Source: an uncultured Planctomycetaceae bacterium (GTDB taxonomy: Bacteria; Planctomycetota; Planctomycetia; Planctomycetales; Planctomycetaceae). From it: a stretch of DNA of 64,000 nt. Positions 18,345 through 30,093 of this stretch are shown here, in pieces. A program made the translations under genes and the position numbers. The stretch spans positions 248,001-312,000 of the forward strand of contig CAXBME010000002.1 in the NCBI GenBank assembly GCA_963976765.1, given 5' to 3'. Positions within the stretch are counted from its first letter, which is position 1. Every line of letters begins with the position of its first letter. The notes under the pieces are model-generated. The model was not told the origin of the DNA, did no database searches, and worked only from the letters and a program-made list of their open reading frames with translations.

Positions 18345-20009
18345 ATGCCAACCATCGAACTACGGTTCCCTGGCGGTCGCTATCACGCGACGCCCTGGGG
18401 CCATCACGTCAATGAGGGACAGATCGAATGGCCGCCCTGTCCCTGGCGACTGCTGCGCGCTCTGATCGCGACAGGTTTCGCCACACAGCACTGGCTGGAA
18501 CTGCCAGACGTCGCCCGCTCGCTCATCGAGCGGCTGGCGTCAGTGTTGCCCACGTACGAGCTTCCACCGGCCAGTGCGGCACACAGTCGTCACTATATGC
18601 CGACGGGCGAACTCTCAAAGGGCAGCGAAAAGACGACGCTTGTCTTCGACACCTGGGCCAACGTCGAAGCCGGCCTCCTGAGAGTCCGCTGGGACTGCGA
18701 ACTCGACGACGAGCAGCGTGACTTGTTCACACGACTCGTTGAGTCGCTTGGCTATCTCGGTCGCAGCGAAAGCTGGGTCGAAGGCAGCGTCATCGCAGAC
18801 GATGTCGAACTGGCTACGGGTCGGTTCGCTGTTCCTCATCAGGAAGGCGAACTACGTGGCCCCGAGTGGGAACAGGTCTCGCTGATGGCTGCGGTTCCGG
18901 CTGAACCGTACGCCGCGTGGTCGGAACAACGCGGATCCGACGCACTCAAGGAACACCCTCTGCCGGACGGGAAGAAGAAGCCGAGCAAGGCGCTGCTGAA
19001 GAAACGCGAACAGGCTGTCGCTCCGTATCCGCGCGACCTGATCGAGTGCCTGACGAAAGACACCGTCTGGTGGAAGAAGCAGCACAACTGGAGCCAGCCG
19101 CCCGGTTCACGCCGCGTACTTTATTGGCGCAGAACGAACGCTCTGGTCGTCGCTCCGCCGCGCGATCGCGCCCGACGCAACGGACGCCAGGTCGAACATC
19201 GTGTCGAGGCGATGCTGCTGTCGCTGTCGACTCCCAGTCGCAACTCGTCGGCACTCCCGCACGTGACGCGGACTCTTCCGCAGGCTGAGTTGATGCATCG
19301 GGCTTTGGTCGGTCGCGCTGGACACGGCGGCAGAGTCCACTGCCCGGAACTCACCGGCAAAGACGAACACGGCCAGCCGCTGCGGGAGGGGCATCAGCAC
19401 GCACATGTGCTGCCGCTCGACCTCGACGGCGATCAGCACCTCGATCACGTCCTCGTCTTCACCCGGAGAGCCGACGACGGTGGGATGCTGCTGGGTGAAG
19501 TCGCACAACAGGCCATTGCCGGTCTGAGAAAAACGTGGACCAAAGGCCGTGACGCCGATCTGCAGGTCTCGCTGATCGGACGCGGCACTGTGGATTCACT
19601 CCGTCGCCTGCCCGAGCCGCTCACGTCTGGAATCAACAGTCTGCTGGGCGAGGCCGCTGGCTCGCGTTTCTGGATCAGTGCGACCCCGTTTGTTCCGCCG
19701 CGTTATCTCAAACGCAACGGGAAGAACACGCTGGAGGGGCAGATTGCCGCCGAACTGGCCTCGCGGGGACTCCCGGAGCTGGTCCGTTTCGAACTGCTCA
19801 CCCAGTCAGCCAGTGAGCCCGATCATGAACGAGCAAGGATACTCCGACACCATGTCCGCGTTCGTGGGCATGGCGGCCAGGCTCCCCCGATGGATGCCGG
19901 GTTTGCATTGAAAATCGAACTGGCACGCCCCTGTTCCGGGCCTCTTTTACTGGGCTACGCATCCCACTTCGGCCTGGGGCTGTTTCAAGCGACCGATGAG
20001 CAGATCTGA
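18345..20009 (+). CDS. csb2: Type I-G Csb2 (Cas5-Cas6 fusion, crRNA processing)
   Basis: GRYHATPWG, EWPPCPWRLLRAL, YLGRSESW, WISATPFV and the C-terminal G-rich loop GPLLLGYASHFGLGLF. Confidence 0.93.
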   Translation: MPTIELRFPGGRYHATPWGHHVNEGQIEWPPCPWRLLRALIATGFATQHWLELPDVARSLIERLASVLPTYELPPASAAHSRHYMPTGELSKGSEKTTLVFDTWANVEAGLLRVRWDCELDDEQRDLFTRLVESLGYLGRSESWVEGSVIADDVELATGRFAVPHQEGELRGPEWEQVSLMAAVPAEPYAAWSEQRGSDALKEHPLPDGKKKPSKALLKKREQAVAPYPRDLIECLTKDTVWWKKQHNWSQPPGSRRVLYWRRTNALVVAPPRDRARRNGRQVEHRVEAMLLSLSTPSRNSSALPHVTRTLPQAELMHRALVGRAGHGGRVHCPELTGKDEHGQPLREGHQHAHVLPLDLDGDQHLDHVLVFTRRADDGGMLLGEVAQQAIAGLRKTWTKGRDADLQVSLIGRGTVDSLRRLPEPLTSGINSLLGEAAGSRFWISATPFVPPRYLKRNGKNTLEGQIAAELASRGLPELVRFELLTQSASEPDHERARILRHHVRVRGHGGQAPPMDAGFALKIELARPCSGPLLLGYASHFGLGLFQATDEQI

Positions 20010-20407
20010 GGAAGCTCGCAAACGACTTCGATCAATCTCGTGGTTTCTACCAGCCCAAGTTCTTTGACAATCTGGAAAAAGTTCTTGAGGTTTTCTGTTG
20101 ATCGTGGCAGAGTGGATGTCTGTTTCGTTCTGCCGCTGCCTGGTGGGTATCAGGCAGCGGCGGGATGGTGAAGTCCTGGTCGGAAGCAGTACGCACTCGG
20201 AGGCGGCTGTCGGGCTTTGCGGGATGGAGAAACGTCGCTTCCGAATGAGCCGATTCAACACGCGGCGGCCTGTCAGGAATGCGTCTGGAATAAGTTTCCG
20301 AATCTGATGGTGAAGCTTTTCTGGACTCGTTCTTCGGCAGCCGACCGCTGCCTGTTCGGTTCATTTCGCGGCGGCACATTTCCCGCTCGCTGCTCCGGAA
20401 CCTGACC

Positions 20408-22333
20408 ATGATTTCGCCTCGCGATGTGGCGTCCCTCGACGCTTCACCCTCGTCTCCCTACCGTCCCGACGAGACTCACTTCGATGTGCCGGACCTTATC
20501 CCGGCGCGAATGCTCAACGAGTTCGCCTACTGCCCGCGACTCAGTTATCTCGAATGGGTGCAGAGCGAGTGGGCCGATAATCTGGAAACCGACCAGGGAA
20601 CCTTCGGGCATCGCGTAGTCGACAAGCCGTCGCGTGGAGCCGTTCCCGAAGGAGCCGAGGCAAAGGAGTCCAACAACGAGGAACAGGAGTCGGCGAACGC
20701 AGCATCGAAGCAGGAGCAACCCGCCGCAGAAAGTCCTGGTCCCTCGTCTCCTGACTCTCCAACTACTACCGACCCTCCGCCGTCGATTCACGCTCGGTCG
20801 ATGACGCTGTCCGCGCCGGAAGAAGGACTGATCGCCAGACTTGATCTGCTGGAACTCGACGGCAACTTCGCGACTCCGGTGGACTATAAACGCGGCAAGG
20901 CTCCCGACATTCCCGAAGGAGCTTACGAACCCGAGCGAGTTCAGGTCTGTGCTCAGGCTCTGATCCTGCGAGAAAATGGCTTCGAGGTCACCGAGGGAAT
21001 TCTGTACTTCATCGCGTCCCGTCAGCGAGTCGTCATTCCGATCGATGATGAGCTTGTCGAGCGGACTCGCGAACTGATCAAGCAGTTGCGTTTCACGGCG
21101 GACGAAGGTGTGATTCCTCCGCCGCTTGAAGACAGCCCGAAGTGCCCACGCTGTTCGCTGGTCGGTATCTGTATGCCGGACGAACTGAACTGGCTGAGGA
21201 GGGACGAGGGGCAAGGGCGGAAGGACGAGAGTCAGAAAACGGCGACAAAACCAAACGACTCGAGCGGGCAACTCTCGTTCAACTTTGAGGCAGCATCCGA
21301 AACGAAGACTCCCCGACAACTGCTCGTCACACGCGACAACGCTTTGCCGCTGTATCTGCAGGAGCATGGCCTGTCTCTGGGAAAAACCGGTGAGCAACTG
21401 GCGGTCAAAAAGAAAGGCAGCCTGATTCAGAAGGTGCGGCTGCTGGACGTCTCGCAGGTCTGTCTGTTCGGCAGCATTCACATCACCGAACCGGCCTTGC
21501 GCGAGCTGATCACTCGCGGCGTTCCGGTCTGCCACTTTTCCTACGGCGGCTGGTTCTACGGAATCACCACCGGGCTGGTTCATCGCAACATCGATTTGAG
21601 AATTCGTCAGTACGCGGTGGCGGCTTCGGAGGGCGAGTCGCTGGAATTCGCTCGGCGATTCGTTAGTGGAAAAATCCGAAACTGTCGGACGCTGCTGCGA
21701 CGTCACCTGCAGAGCGATGATCGCGACCGGCTGCTGTTTCAGTTAAATGATCTCATTGGCAAGGCGGAACGCGCCGATTGTGTGGCGAGCCTGCTCGGCT
21801 TCGAAGGGATGGCCGCGAAATCCTACTTCGGCGGATTTTCCAAACTGCTCAAAGGCGGCTCGGCGTTCGACATCAACGGTCGAAACCGTCGCCCGCCTCG
21901 CGATCCAACCAACGCTTTACTGTCATTCGTCTATGCGCTGCTGACGAAAGAACTCACCGTTGCCGCGCAGTCGGTCGGCTTCGATCCGATGCTTGGCTTC
22001 TACCACCGACCTCGCTACGGACGACCGTCACTGGCTCTGGATGTCTGCGAAGAATTTCGTCCGCTGCTGGCCGACTCGACCGTGCTGACACTCATCAACA
22101 ACGGAGAAGTTACCGAGTCCAGCTTCATCAGTCGTGCCGGAGCAGTCGCACTGACAGCAGCCGGCCGGCGAGCCGTCATGGCTGCCTTCGAACGACGCAT
22201 GCAGTCAGAAGTGACTCACCCGCTGTTCGGATACCGGATCAGCTATCGGCGCATTCTTGAAGTGCAGTTGCGACTGCTCGCTCGCACTGTTCTGAAGGAA
22301 CTCGACGAGTACCCGTCGTTCTGCACGCGGTAA
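20408..22333 (+). CDS. cas1: Cas4-Cas1 fusion
   Basis: Cas4 part: YCPR, PVDYKRG, QVCAQ and CPRCSLVGIC Fe-S cysteines. Cas1 part: LLGFEG, RNRRPPRDPTNALLSF, GFYH and LALDVCEEFR. Confidence 0.95.
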   Translation: MISPRDVASLDASPSSPYRPDETHFDVPDLIPARMLNEFAYCPRLSYLEWVQSEWADNLETDQGTFGHRVVDKPSRGAVPEGAEAKESNNEEQESANAASKQEQPAAESPGPSSPDSPTTTDPPPSIHARSMTLSAPEEGLIARLDLLELDGNFATPVDYKRGKAPDIPEGAYEPERVQVCAQALILRENGFEVTEGILYFIASRQRVVIPIDDELVERTRELIKQLRFTADEGVIPPPLEDSPKCPRCSLVGICMPDELNWLRRDEGQGRKDESQKTATKPNDSSGQLSFNFEAASETKTPRQLLVTRDNALPLYLQEHGLSLGKTGEQLAVKKKGSLIQKVRLLDVSQVCLFGSIHITEPALRELITRGVPVCHFSYGGWFYGITTGLVHRNIDLRIRQYAVAASEGESLEFARRFVSGKIRNCRTLLRRHLQSDDRDRLLFQLNDLIGKAERADCVASLLGFEGMAAKSYFGGFSKLLKGGSAFDINGRNRRPPRDPTNALLSFVYALLTKELTVAAQSVGFDPMLGFYHRPRYGRPSLALDVCEEFRPLLADSTVLTLINNGEVTESSFISRAGAVALTAAGRRAVMAAFERRMQSEVTHPLFGYRISYRRILEVQLRLLARTVLKELDEYPSFCTR

Positions 22334-22376
22334 CCCTCGATTCCGGACTTAAGTCACTCAACACGGGACCGTTATC

Positions 22377-22670
22377 ATGAGAACCGTTTACCTGATCGCT
22401 TACGACATTCGTGACCCCAAACGCTGGCGACAGATTTACCGCATCATGTGCGGCGCCGGTGACCCGGTTCAGTACTCTGTCTTCCGCTGCGAGCTGACGG
22501 CTCTGGAACTTCAGCGAATTCAATCGGCGCTCTGGAGTGAGCTGAACCTGAATGAAGATCGCATCATGGTGGTGGACCTTGGCCCGATCGATGGGCGAGG
22601 CGACGGCTGCATCGAGTACTGGGGAAACCCGAAGGTTGAACCTTCCGACCGATCCGCGACAATCATTTGA
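22377..22670 (+). CDS. cas2: CRISPR-associated endonuclease Cas2
   Basis: YLIAYDIRDPKRWR and VQYSVF motifs; 97 aa. Confidence 0.95.
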   Translation: MRTVYLIAYDIRDPKRWRQIYRIMCGAGDPVQYSVFRCELTALELQRIQSALWSELNLNEDRIMVVDLGPIDGRGDGCIEYWGNPKVEPSDRSATII

Positions 22671-22972
22671 CGGACTTACCCGTCAGGAGAAATGCAGCAA
22701 GGCGATCGACGGTGAGTGCCGTCAGAATTGATGGTGTTTCTGCAGTTCGCCTGTCACTGACCATCGTTGTCTGGCGGGCTGCTCGCTCAAATTAGACATC
22801 GAGCGGTCCAGTGGCGTAAAAACCCCCGTGACCTCTCGCCGCAACAACCTCTGACAGGAAAGGAATTTACGAATTGCCCCTCACTGAACGGCCCCCGTCT
22901 GAGGCGTCAACATCGCACCCCTCGAAACACCGCACGCAAGTCTGTACCAGCCAACAGGATCGGACGCGAGCG
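22671..22972 (+). promoter_or_regulatory. CRISPR leader
   Basis: Non-coding 302 bp between cas2 and the first repeat. The only variant repeat is at the far end of the array. Confidence 0.7.
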
Positions 22973-25900
22973 GTTTCCGCGGCCTCAAAACCGCGGCCCC
23001 ATTGAAGCCGCAACCTGCCACCAAGTCAATTCAAGTCAATTCAAGTCGTTTCCGCGGCCTCAAAACCGCGGCCCCATTGAAGCGAGATTAGAAAGAAGAA
23101 GGAGCAAATAGAAGGCGAAAGCGAGTTTCCGCGGCCTCAAAACCGCGGCCCCATTGAAGCACATCGGAAAAAGGATTTTCCAATGGCAGACGAACTGTTT
23201 CCGCGGCCTCAAAACCGCGGCCCCATTGAAGCCCGCTCCCTACGGCTCGTTTCGGTTCATCGGCCTGGTTTCCGCGGCCTCAAAACCGCGGCCCCATTGA
23301 AGCTTCCAATGCTTCGCAGTACATCTGCAAAGCGTGAGGTTTCCGCGGCCTCAAAACCGCGGCCCCATTGAAGCGGCGATTATCAAAACCGGGCGGCTGT
23401 CCGCGAGTGGTAGTTTCCGCGGCCTCAAAACCGCGGCCCCATTGAAGCGCCTCCCGCATTCTGACGGTGTTCCTGACCATCACCACGTTTCCGCGGCCTC
23501 AAAACCGCGGCCCCATTGAAGCTGTCAGCTTTTCGTCTGGCGGGATCATGTAGCGTTTTGTTTCCGCGGCCTCAAAACCGCGGCCCCATTGAAGCTTGGT
23601 GACTCGGAGCTGATCGTCGTCGTCGTCTCCGGTTTCCGCGGCCTCAAAACCGCGGCCCCATTGAAGCGTTGCTGAGGAGCATCAGGGCGAGATTGCCCAC
23701 AACGTTTCCGCGGCCTCAAAACCGCGGCCCCATTGAAGCAACTTCCAGCTTGGCGTGTTCTCGACCAATCGCACCGTTTCCGCGGCCTCAAAACCGCGGC
23801 CCCATTGAAGCGAGCGACGTTCTGGTTGAGGTCGGGAACCGGCTCGACGGTTTCCGCGGCCTCAAAACCGCGGCCCCATTGAAGCGTGCTTTATCAGGCT
23901 TGTCCACTGAGTGGCAATCGCTGTTTCCGCGGCCTCAAAACCGCGGCCCCATTGAAGCAGGTTGTCGCGCTGTTGTCGCGCTGCGTCGGCGGCGGCGTTT
24001 CCGCGGCCTCAAAACCGCGGCCCCATTGAAGCGTGGCCACTCTGCTGAGGATGGCTCGCCCGCTCCGTTGTTTCCGCGGCCTCAAAACCGCGGCCCCATT
24101 GAAGCTTTGGACCAAATCTTGTGTCTGCCGACACCTGCTCAGTTTCCGCGGCCTCAAAACCGCGGCCCCATTGAAGCACGTCGATCGGCGTTTCGCCAGA
24201 TGCCGGCGGCGGAAGTTTCCGCGGCCTCAAAACCGCGGCCCCATTGAAGCTCGAAAGCACGCCCACTGACGAGAACAGTTTCATCGCGTTTCCGCGGCCT
24301 CAAAACCGCGGCCCCATTGAAGCTCACGGGCGACGAAATAACTGTGCCGGCCAACACCGGTTTCCGCGGCCTCAAAACCGCGGCCCCATTGAAGCGACTA
24401 CCCGGAATTCTACGACTGGATCGCTACGACGTTTCCGCGGCCTCAAAACCGCGGCCCCATTGAAGCCGCACAGCGATGGGACTGAGCTGGCCAACTACTC
24501 GTGTTTCCGCGGCCTCAAAACCGCGGCCCCATTGAAGCGCTGATTCATGACTTCGCGTTCCGTCACGATTTTCTCGTTTCCGCGGCCTCAAAACCGCGGC
24601 CCCATTGAAGCCCCTGAATTCTCGGCAGCCCTTCACCGTGCCAGACATTGTTTCCGCGGCCTCAAAACCGCGGCCCCATTGAAGCACCGACATCAACCGG
24701 CTGATTGCTGCCAGCCAGCTTGTTTCCGCGGCCTCAAAACCGCGGCCCCATTGAAGCTACCGGGCACAGTCCGAGCAGCATTTCGGTTCGCCGTTTCCGC
24801 GGCCTCAAAACCGCGGCCCCATTGAAGCCTGAGAGACGCCGACACAGGATTGATGATCGGCAAGTTTCCGCGGCCTCAAAACCGCGGCCCCATTGAAGCT
24901 GTGAGCGTCCGAGCTCTTTCGCCGCTCCGGACAGGTTTCCGCGGCCTCAAAACCGCGGCCCCATTGAAGCGTCTTGTGCCGATCTGCACCACGGTGCAAA
25001 CTGGCTCGTTTCCGCGGCCTCAAAACCGCGGCCCCATTGAAGCGTGTTCGGTTAAGTCATTGCCAGATTCGAGACCTGGTTTCCGCGGCCTCAAAACCGC
25101 GGCCCCATTGAAGCCACGCTGAAGCCTTCTGGAACTCCATTGCCCGGCTCGTTTCCGCGGCCTCAAAACCGCGGCCCCATTGAAGCCTCAGTTGAGCCAG
25201 AATGCGGCTACACCTAACCAAAGTTTCCGCGGCCTCAAAACCGCGGCCCCATTGAAGCCTGTTGCTTCGTCAGCGTGGTCATACCTGGCTTCAGGTTTCC
25301 GCGGCCTCAAAACCGCGGCCCCATTGAAGCACCATTATCACGGACGAAACATGGACGACATTATCACGTTTCCGCGGCCTCAAAACCGCGGCCCCATTGA
25401 AGCATCGTGTACGCGGCTTCGTCTTCATGGACTACGGTTAGTTTCCGCGGCCTCAAAACCGCGGCCCCATTGAAGCGGCCAGCGTGCTTCGCACGCAGGC
25501 CCAACACGATCGGGTTTCCGCGGCCTCAAAACCGCGGCCCCATTGAAGCACGGACGAAACATGGAAGACATTATCACGGCGGGTAGTTTCCGCGGCCTCA
25601 AAACCGCGGCCCCATTGAAGCGATTATTGGGTCAGAATGGACGAGGAAGGTCCGAGTGTTTCCGCGGCCTCAAAACCGCGGCCCCATTGAAGCCCGCTCT
25701 TCGGCTGTCCTCCCGTTGATCGTGTACGGTTTCCGCGGCCTCAAAACCGCGGCCCCATTGAAGCCCAGTGTCGCTGATCCGGCTGCTGGCTGGGCAAATC
25801 GTTTCCGCGGCCTCAAAACCGCGGCCCCATTGAAGCTTCATGAACAGGTTTGACGGTTTGTTTGCCATTGTGGTTTCCGCGGCCTCAAAACCGCGGCCCC

Positions 25901-28900
25901 ATTGAAGCCCTTAAACATGGGTTGATAGGAGGAAGGAACGGCGTTGTTTCCGCGGCCTCAAAACCGCGGCCCCATTGAAGCAGCAACTGTCCGCTCTTCG
26001 CGGAGCACTCGAAGCGGGATGTTTCCGCGGCCTCAAAACCGCGGCCCCATTGAAGCGGACCAGACGGTATCACGTCGTTGCTTGTGCTGGACGTTTCCGC
26101 GGCCTCAAAACCGCGGCCCCATTGAAGCACATTTGATGAGGTACGATAATGGCCCAGGTAGGATCGTTTCCGCGGCCTCAAAACCGCGGCCCCATTGAAG
26201 CTTAGTGCTTTACAGTCTTCTGATCATCCTCGGGTGAGTTTCCGCGGCCTCAAAACCGCGGCCCCATTGAAGCTCTTCTCACTCACTCACTCACTCACCA
26301 GCTCGACCCGTTTCCGCGGCCTCAAAACCGCGGCCCCATTGAAGCGTCCACCCTGATTTTGCGTCGACTTTGTTATCGGACTGTTTCCGCGGCCTCAAAA
26401 CCGCGGCCCCATTGAAGCCGATAGGCGGGAAGGATTCCCGCAACAGGCCAGTCCGTTTCCGCGGCCTCAAAACCGCGGCCCCATTGAAGCGGCTCCCTTG
26501 CACGGTTTGTGCGGGCATCCATGCCCGGTTTCCGCGGCCTCAAAACCGCGGCCCCATTGAAGCGTGGAACATGACCACGATTGATTTTCGTATCACGGTG
26601 TTTCCGCGGCCTCAAAACCGCGGCCCCATTGAAGCCTGCATACGAACCATTTCCCAGAGCGATAGCCGAATAGTTTCCGCGGCCTCAAAACCGCGGCCCC
26701 ATTGAAGCCTGACGACGGTGTGATTGACGATTCCGATTCGGCGTTTCCGCGGCCTCAAAACCGCGGCCCCATTGAAGCTTCGACTTCGAGACCGTTCCCG
26801 ACGAAGAGAAGTGGGTTTCCGCGGCCTCAAAACCGCGGCCCCATTGAAGCAGACTTTGCGTATACTGCTGCACTCTTAATTCCCAGTTTCCGCGGCCTCA
26901 AAACCGCGGCCCCATTGAAGCTTTACTCTTTTGCGATTTTCTGGATTTTCGTACCCGTGTTTCCGCGGCCTCAAAACCGCGGCCCCATTGAAGCTCTCAA
27001 ATCGCAAGTCTTAAGGATTGCAGCGACTCGTTTCCGCGGCCTCAAAACCGCGGCCCCATTGAAGCCCGTCAATCTGTTTATCGGACGTTCTTCTGTTTCG
27101 CGTTTCCGCGGCCTCAAAACCGCGGCCCCATTGAAGCGTTGCAGCGTATTGCGCCGGATTGCGCCGGATTGAGGGTTTCCGCGGCCTCAAAACCGCGGCC
27201 CCATTGAAGCATTAGTTGTGTCCGTCGGAAGCGGTGGTACTCGTCGGGTTTCCGCGGCCTCAAAACCGCGGCCCCATTGAAGCGTAACCATTTCACACAG
27301 CGATGGGACAGAGCTCGCCGTTTCCGCGGCCTCAAAACCGCGGCCCCATTGAAGCTAAAGCAGGGAAACCAGAGCATGGCCCCAGCGTCATGCGTTTCCG
27401 CGGCCTCAAAACCGCGGCCCCATTGAAGCGACCAACTGGCGACTGAAGGCCAGAACGCCCGTACCGCGTTTCCGCGGCCTCAAAACCGCGGCCCCATTGA
27501 AGCTGGCTCACTGAGCGGTCGAGATTGAGGCTCTGGCTGACGTTTCCGCGGCCTCAAAACCGCGGCCCCATTGAAGCCCAGTAGCGGACCAGTGTCCGGT
27601 ACCCCGACCAGGACGTTTCCGCGGCCTCAAAACCGCGGCCCCATTGAAGCCTGAATCAAAGGCTGGAGTTTCTGAATCAGGACACGGTTTCCGCGGCCTC
27701 AAAACCGCGGCCCCATTGAAGCGCGGCGACGGATCGTCGAAGTCTCCCGAGGTGATCGCGTTTCCGCGGCCTCAAAACCGCGGCCCCATTGAAGCCCGCC
27801 CGGCGATGATTGTTCCCGGCCCAAAATTGCGGTTTCCGCGGCCTCAAAACCGCGGCCCCATTGAAGCGACCTTGAGCCGATCGGCTGGATCGAGTTCGAC
27901 TGGGTTTCCGCGGCCTCAAAACCGCGGCCCCATTGAAGCTCGGCGGCGAGACGATCGCTGCCTCCGACGGGTAATGGCGTTTCCGCGGCCTCAAAACCGC
28001 GGCCCCATTGAAGCGTATTCGGATCGCTCCCGTTCCGTGAGCGATCTGAGTGTTTCCGCGGCCTCAAAACCGCGGCCCCATTGAAGCAGCGACTTCGTCT
28101 CGGTATCGATTCTCGCCTGCTTGTTTCCGCGGCCTCAAAACCGCGGCCCCATTGAAGCAGTTTCAACTTCAGTTTTAACTTCAGTTTCAGAAAAGAGTTT
28201 CCGCGGCCTCAAAACCGCGGCCCCATTGAAGCGGGTTTGCTGTCGAAGATGATCAGGGTAGGTTTCAGGTTTCCGCGGCCTCAAAACCGCGGCCCCATTG
28301 AAGCCAGGCGACGCTGCCCGTTATTGCTACCAAGACGCTTGTTTCCGCGGCCTCAAAACCGCGGCCCCATTGAAGCAATAATGCCGATCGCATTGAACGG
28401 GCCGCCGCCAAGTTTCCGCGGCCTCAAAACCGCGGCCCCATTGAAGCCTGCTCTGTTTCGGTGACTGTTGGTTCGATGGCGGATGTTTCCGCGGCCTCAA
28501 AACCGCGGCCCCATTGAAGCTGGAGAGGCTAAAGCCGAAGGTTGCGATTGCTGAGGTTTCCGCGGCCTCAAAACCGCGGCCCCATTGAAGCGATTGTGAT
28601 TACGATGAGCGGTGGCGGATGCTGGATTGTTTCCGCGGCCTCAAAACCGCGGCCCCATTGAAGCGCCCCAAACATCTCGATAGCTGCCGACTGTGCCATG
28701 TTTCCGCGGCCTCAAAACCGCGGCCCCATTGAAGCAGGAACATTTCGTTCTCGGGCAGCATTACGCTCTAGTTTCCGCGGCCTCAAAACCGCGGCCCCAT
28801 TGAAGCTCATATTGATGACGTTGCCGCGTTCGTCGGTATTCTCGTTTCCGCGGCCTCAAAACCGCGGCCCCATTGAAGCCGAACTTTTGCTGCACCGTCC

Positions 28901-29683
28901 AATGGTGGGTTGGTGATGTTTCCGCGGCCTCAAAACCGCGGCCCCATTGAAGCTACTCAGAACTATGCGTTGTACGTTCACGAAATTCCGGTTTCCGCGG
29001 CCTCAAAACCGCGGCCCCATTGAAGCTTACTATTGTCGGTCCTGGTGACCGCCACTAAGCCGGTTTCCGCGGCCTCAAAACCGCGGCCCCATTGAAGCGT
29101 CTCCCCAACTTGGGAAGAGCATTTTATATTTTGGCGTTTCCGCGGCCTCAAAACCGCGGCCCCATTGAAGCACGGTCAGAGCCATTCAGACGATCCAATG
29201 GCTGAAACGTTTCCGCGGCCTCAAAACCGCGGCCCCATTGAAGCGCAGTGGTCTGAGATATCGCCTGCTGATCCAGTAACGAGTTTCCGCGGCCTCAAAA
29301 CCGCGGCCCCATTGAAGCAGCCTGGCGGCGATGGGCAATCCTCACGCGGACGTGTTTCCGCGGCCTCAAAACCGCGGCCCCATTGAAGCGACATCCGACG
29401 ATTCGACGTCTGACACTTCTGATACGTGTTTCCGCGGCCTCAAAACCGCGGCCCCATTGAAGCACGCCCAACAGCAGTCACAGTGACCGTCCGCCCTGTG
29501 GTTTCCGCGGCCTCAAAACCGCGGCCCCATTGAAGCGTCACTTGGAATTGCATTGCTGAGTCCCTTGAGTCGTTGTTTCCGCGGCCTAAAAACCGCGGCC
29601 CCATTGAAGCTTGTCCGTCGAGGCGCAACCGACGTTGACTTTTCCGCGTTTCCGCGGCCTCAAAACCGCGGCCCCATTGAAGC
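22973..29683 (+). CRISPR. Type I-G CRISPR array, 93 repeats / 92 spacers (manual count)
   Basis: 36-bp repeat GTTTCCGCGGCCTCAAAACCGCGGCCCCATTGAAGC with spacers of about 34-41 nt. The penultimate repeat (29575) has one C>A change. The 3' ATTGAAGC handle indicates + orientation. Confidence 0.99.
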
Positions 29684-29941
29684 ACGGTCACAGAAGTCAA
29701 CGCTCGCCGGCGAGCCATTCGACGTACTTCTTGTCACTGAATACTGCGACGCCCCTTTCCCAGACTCCTTTCTGGAGCCCGACATAAGAGAATCGCCTGT
29801 TCACACGACAGTCACCACCTCAGCTGGGGCACAAAATAAAGCGTTGCGGTCACTGCCAGGCATTCCAGAGCGTTGCCCTAACGGGGCAGACTTCCGACAC
29901 AAGGCAGTGGAACTCAGGACTTGTCGGCAAGCAAATCTGAA

Positions 29942-29977
29942 AACGAAAACGGCCCGGAAAACCGGGCCGTTTTCGTT
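29942..29977. terminator. Bidirectional intrinsic terminator between the array and the tRNA
   Basis: AACGAAAACGGCCCGG-AAAA-CCGGGCCGTTTTCGTT, a perfect 16-bp inverted repeat. A second hairpin AGGAGTTTTCACA-CT-TGTGAAAACTCCT lies at 29986-30013. Confidence 0.8.
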
Positions 29978-30020
29978 ACCTGATAAGGAGTTTTCACACT
30001 TGTGAAAACTCCTGAAAAAG

Positions 30021-30093
<73 letters not shown>

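Noticed and set aside
29684..29725. Possible degenerate terminal repeat (GCTCGCCGGCGAGC-CATTCGAC) and 9-nt complementarity between the trailer and the last spacer
   Set aside because: Similarity is too low and the spacing (about 18 nt) too short; compatible with chance.
22767..30005. Many ORFs with FPRPQNRGPIEA / LQWGRGFEAAET repeats
   Set aside because: They are translations of the CRISPR repeats, not genes.
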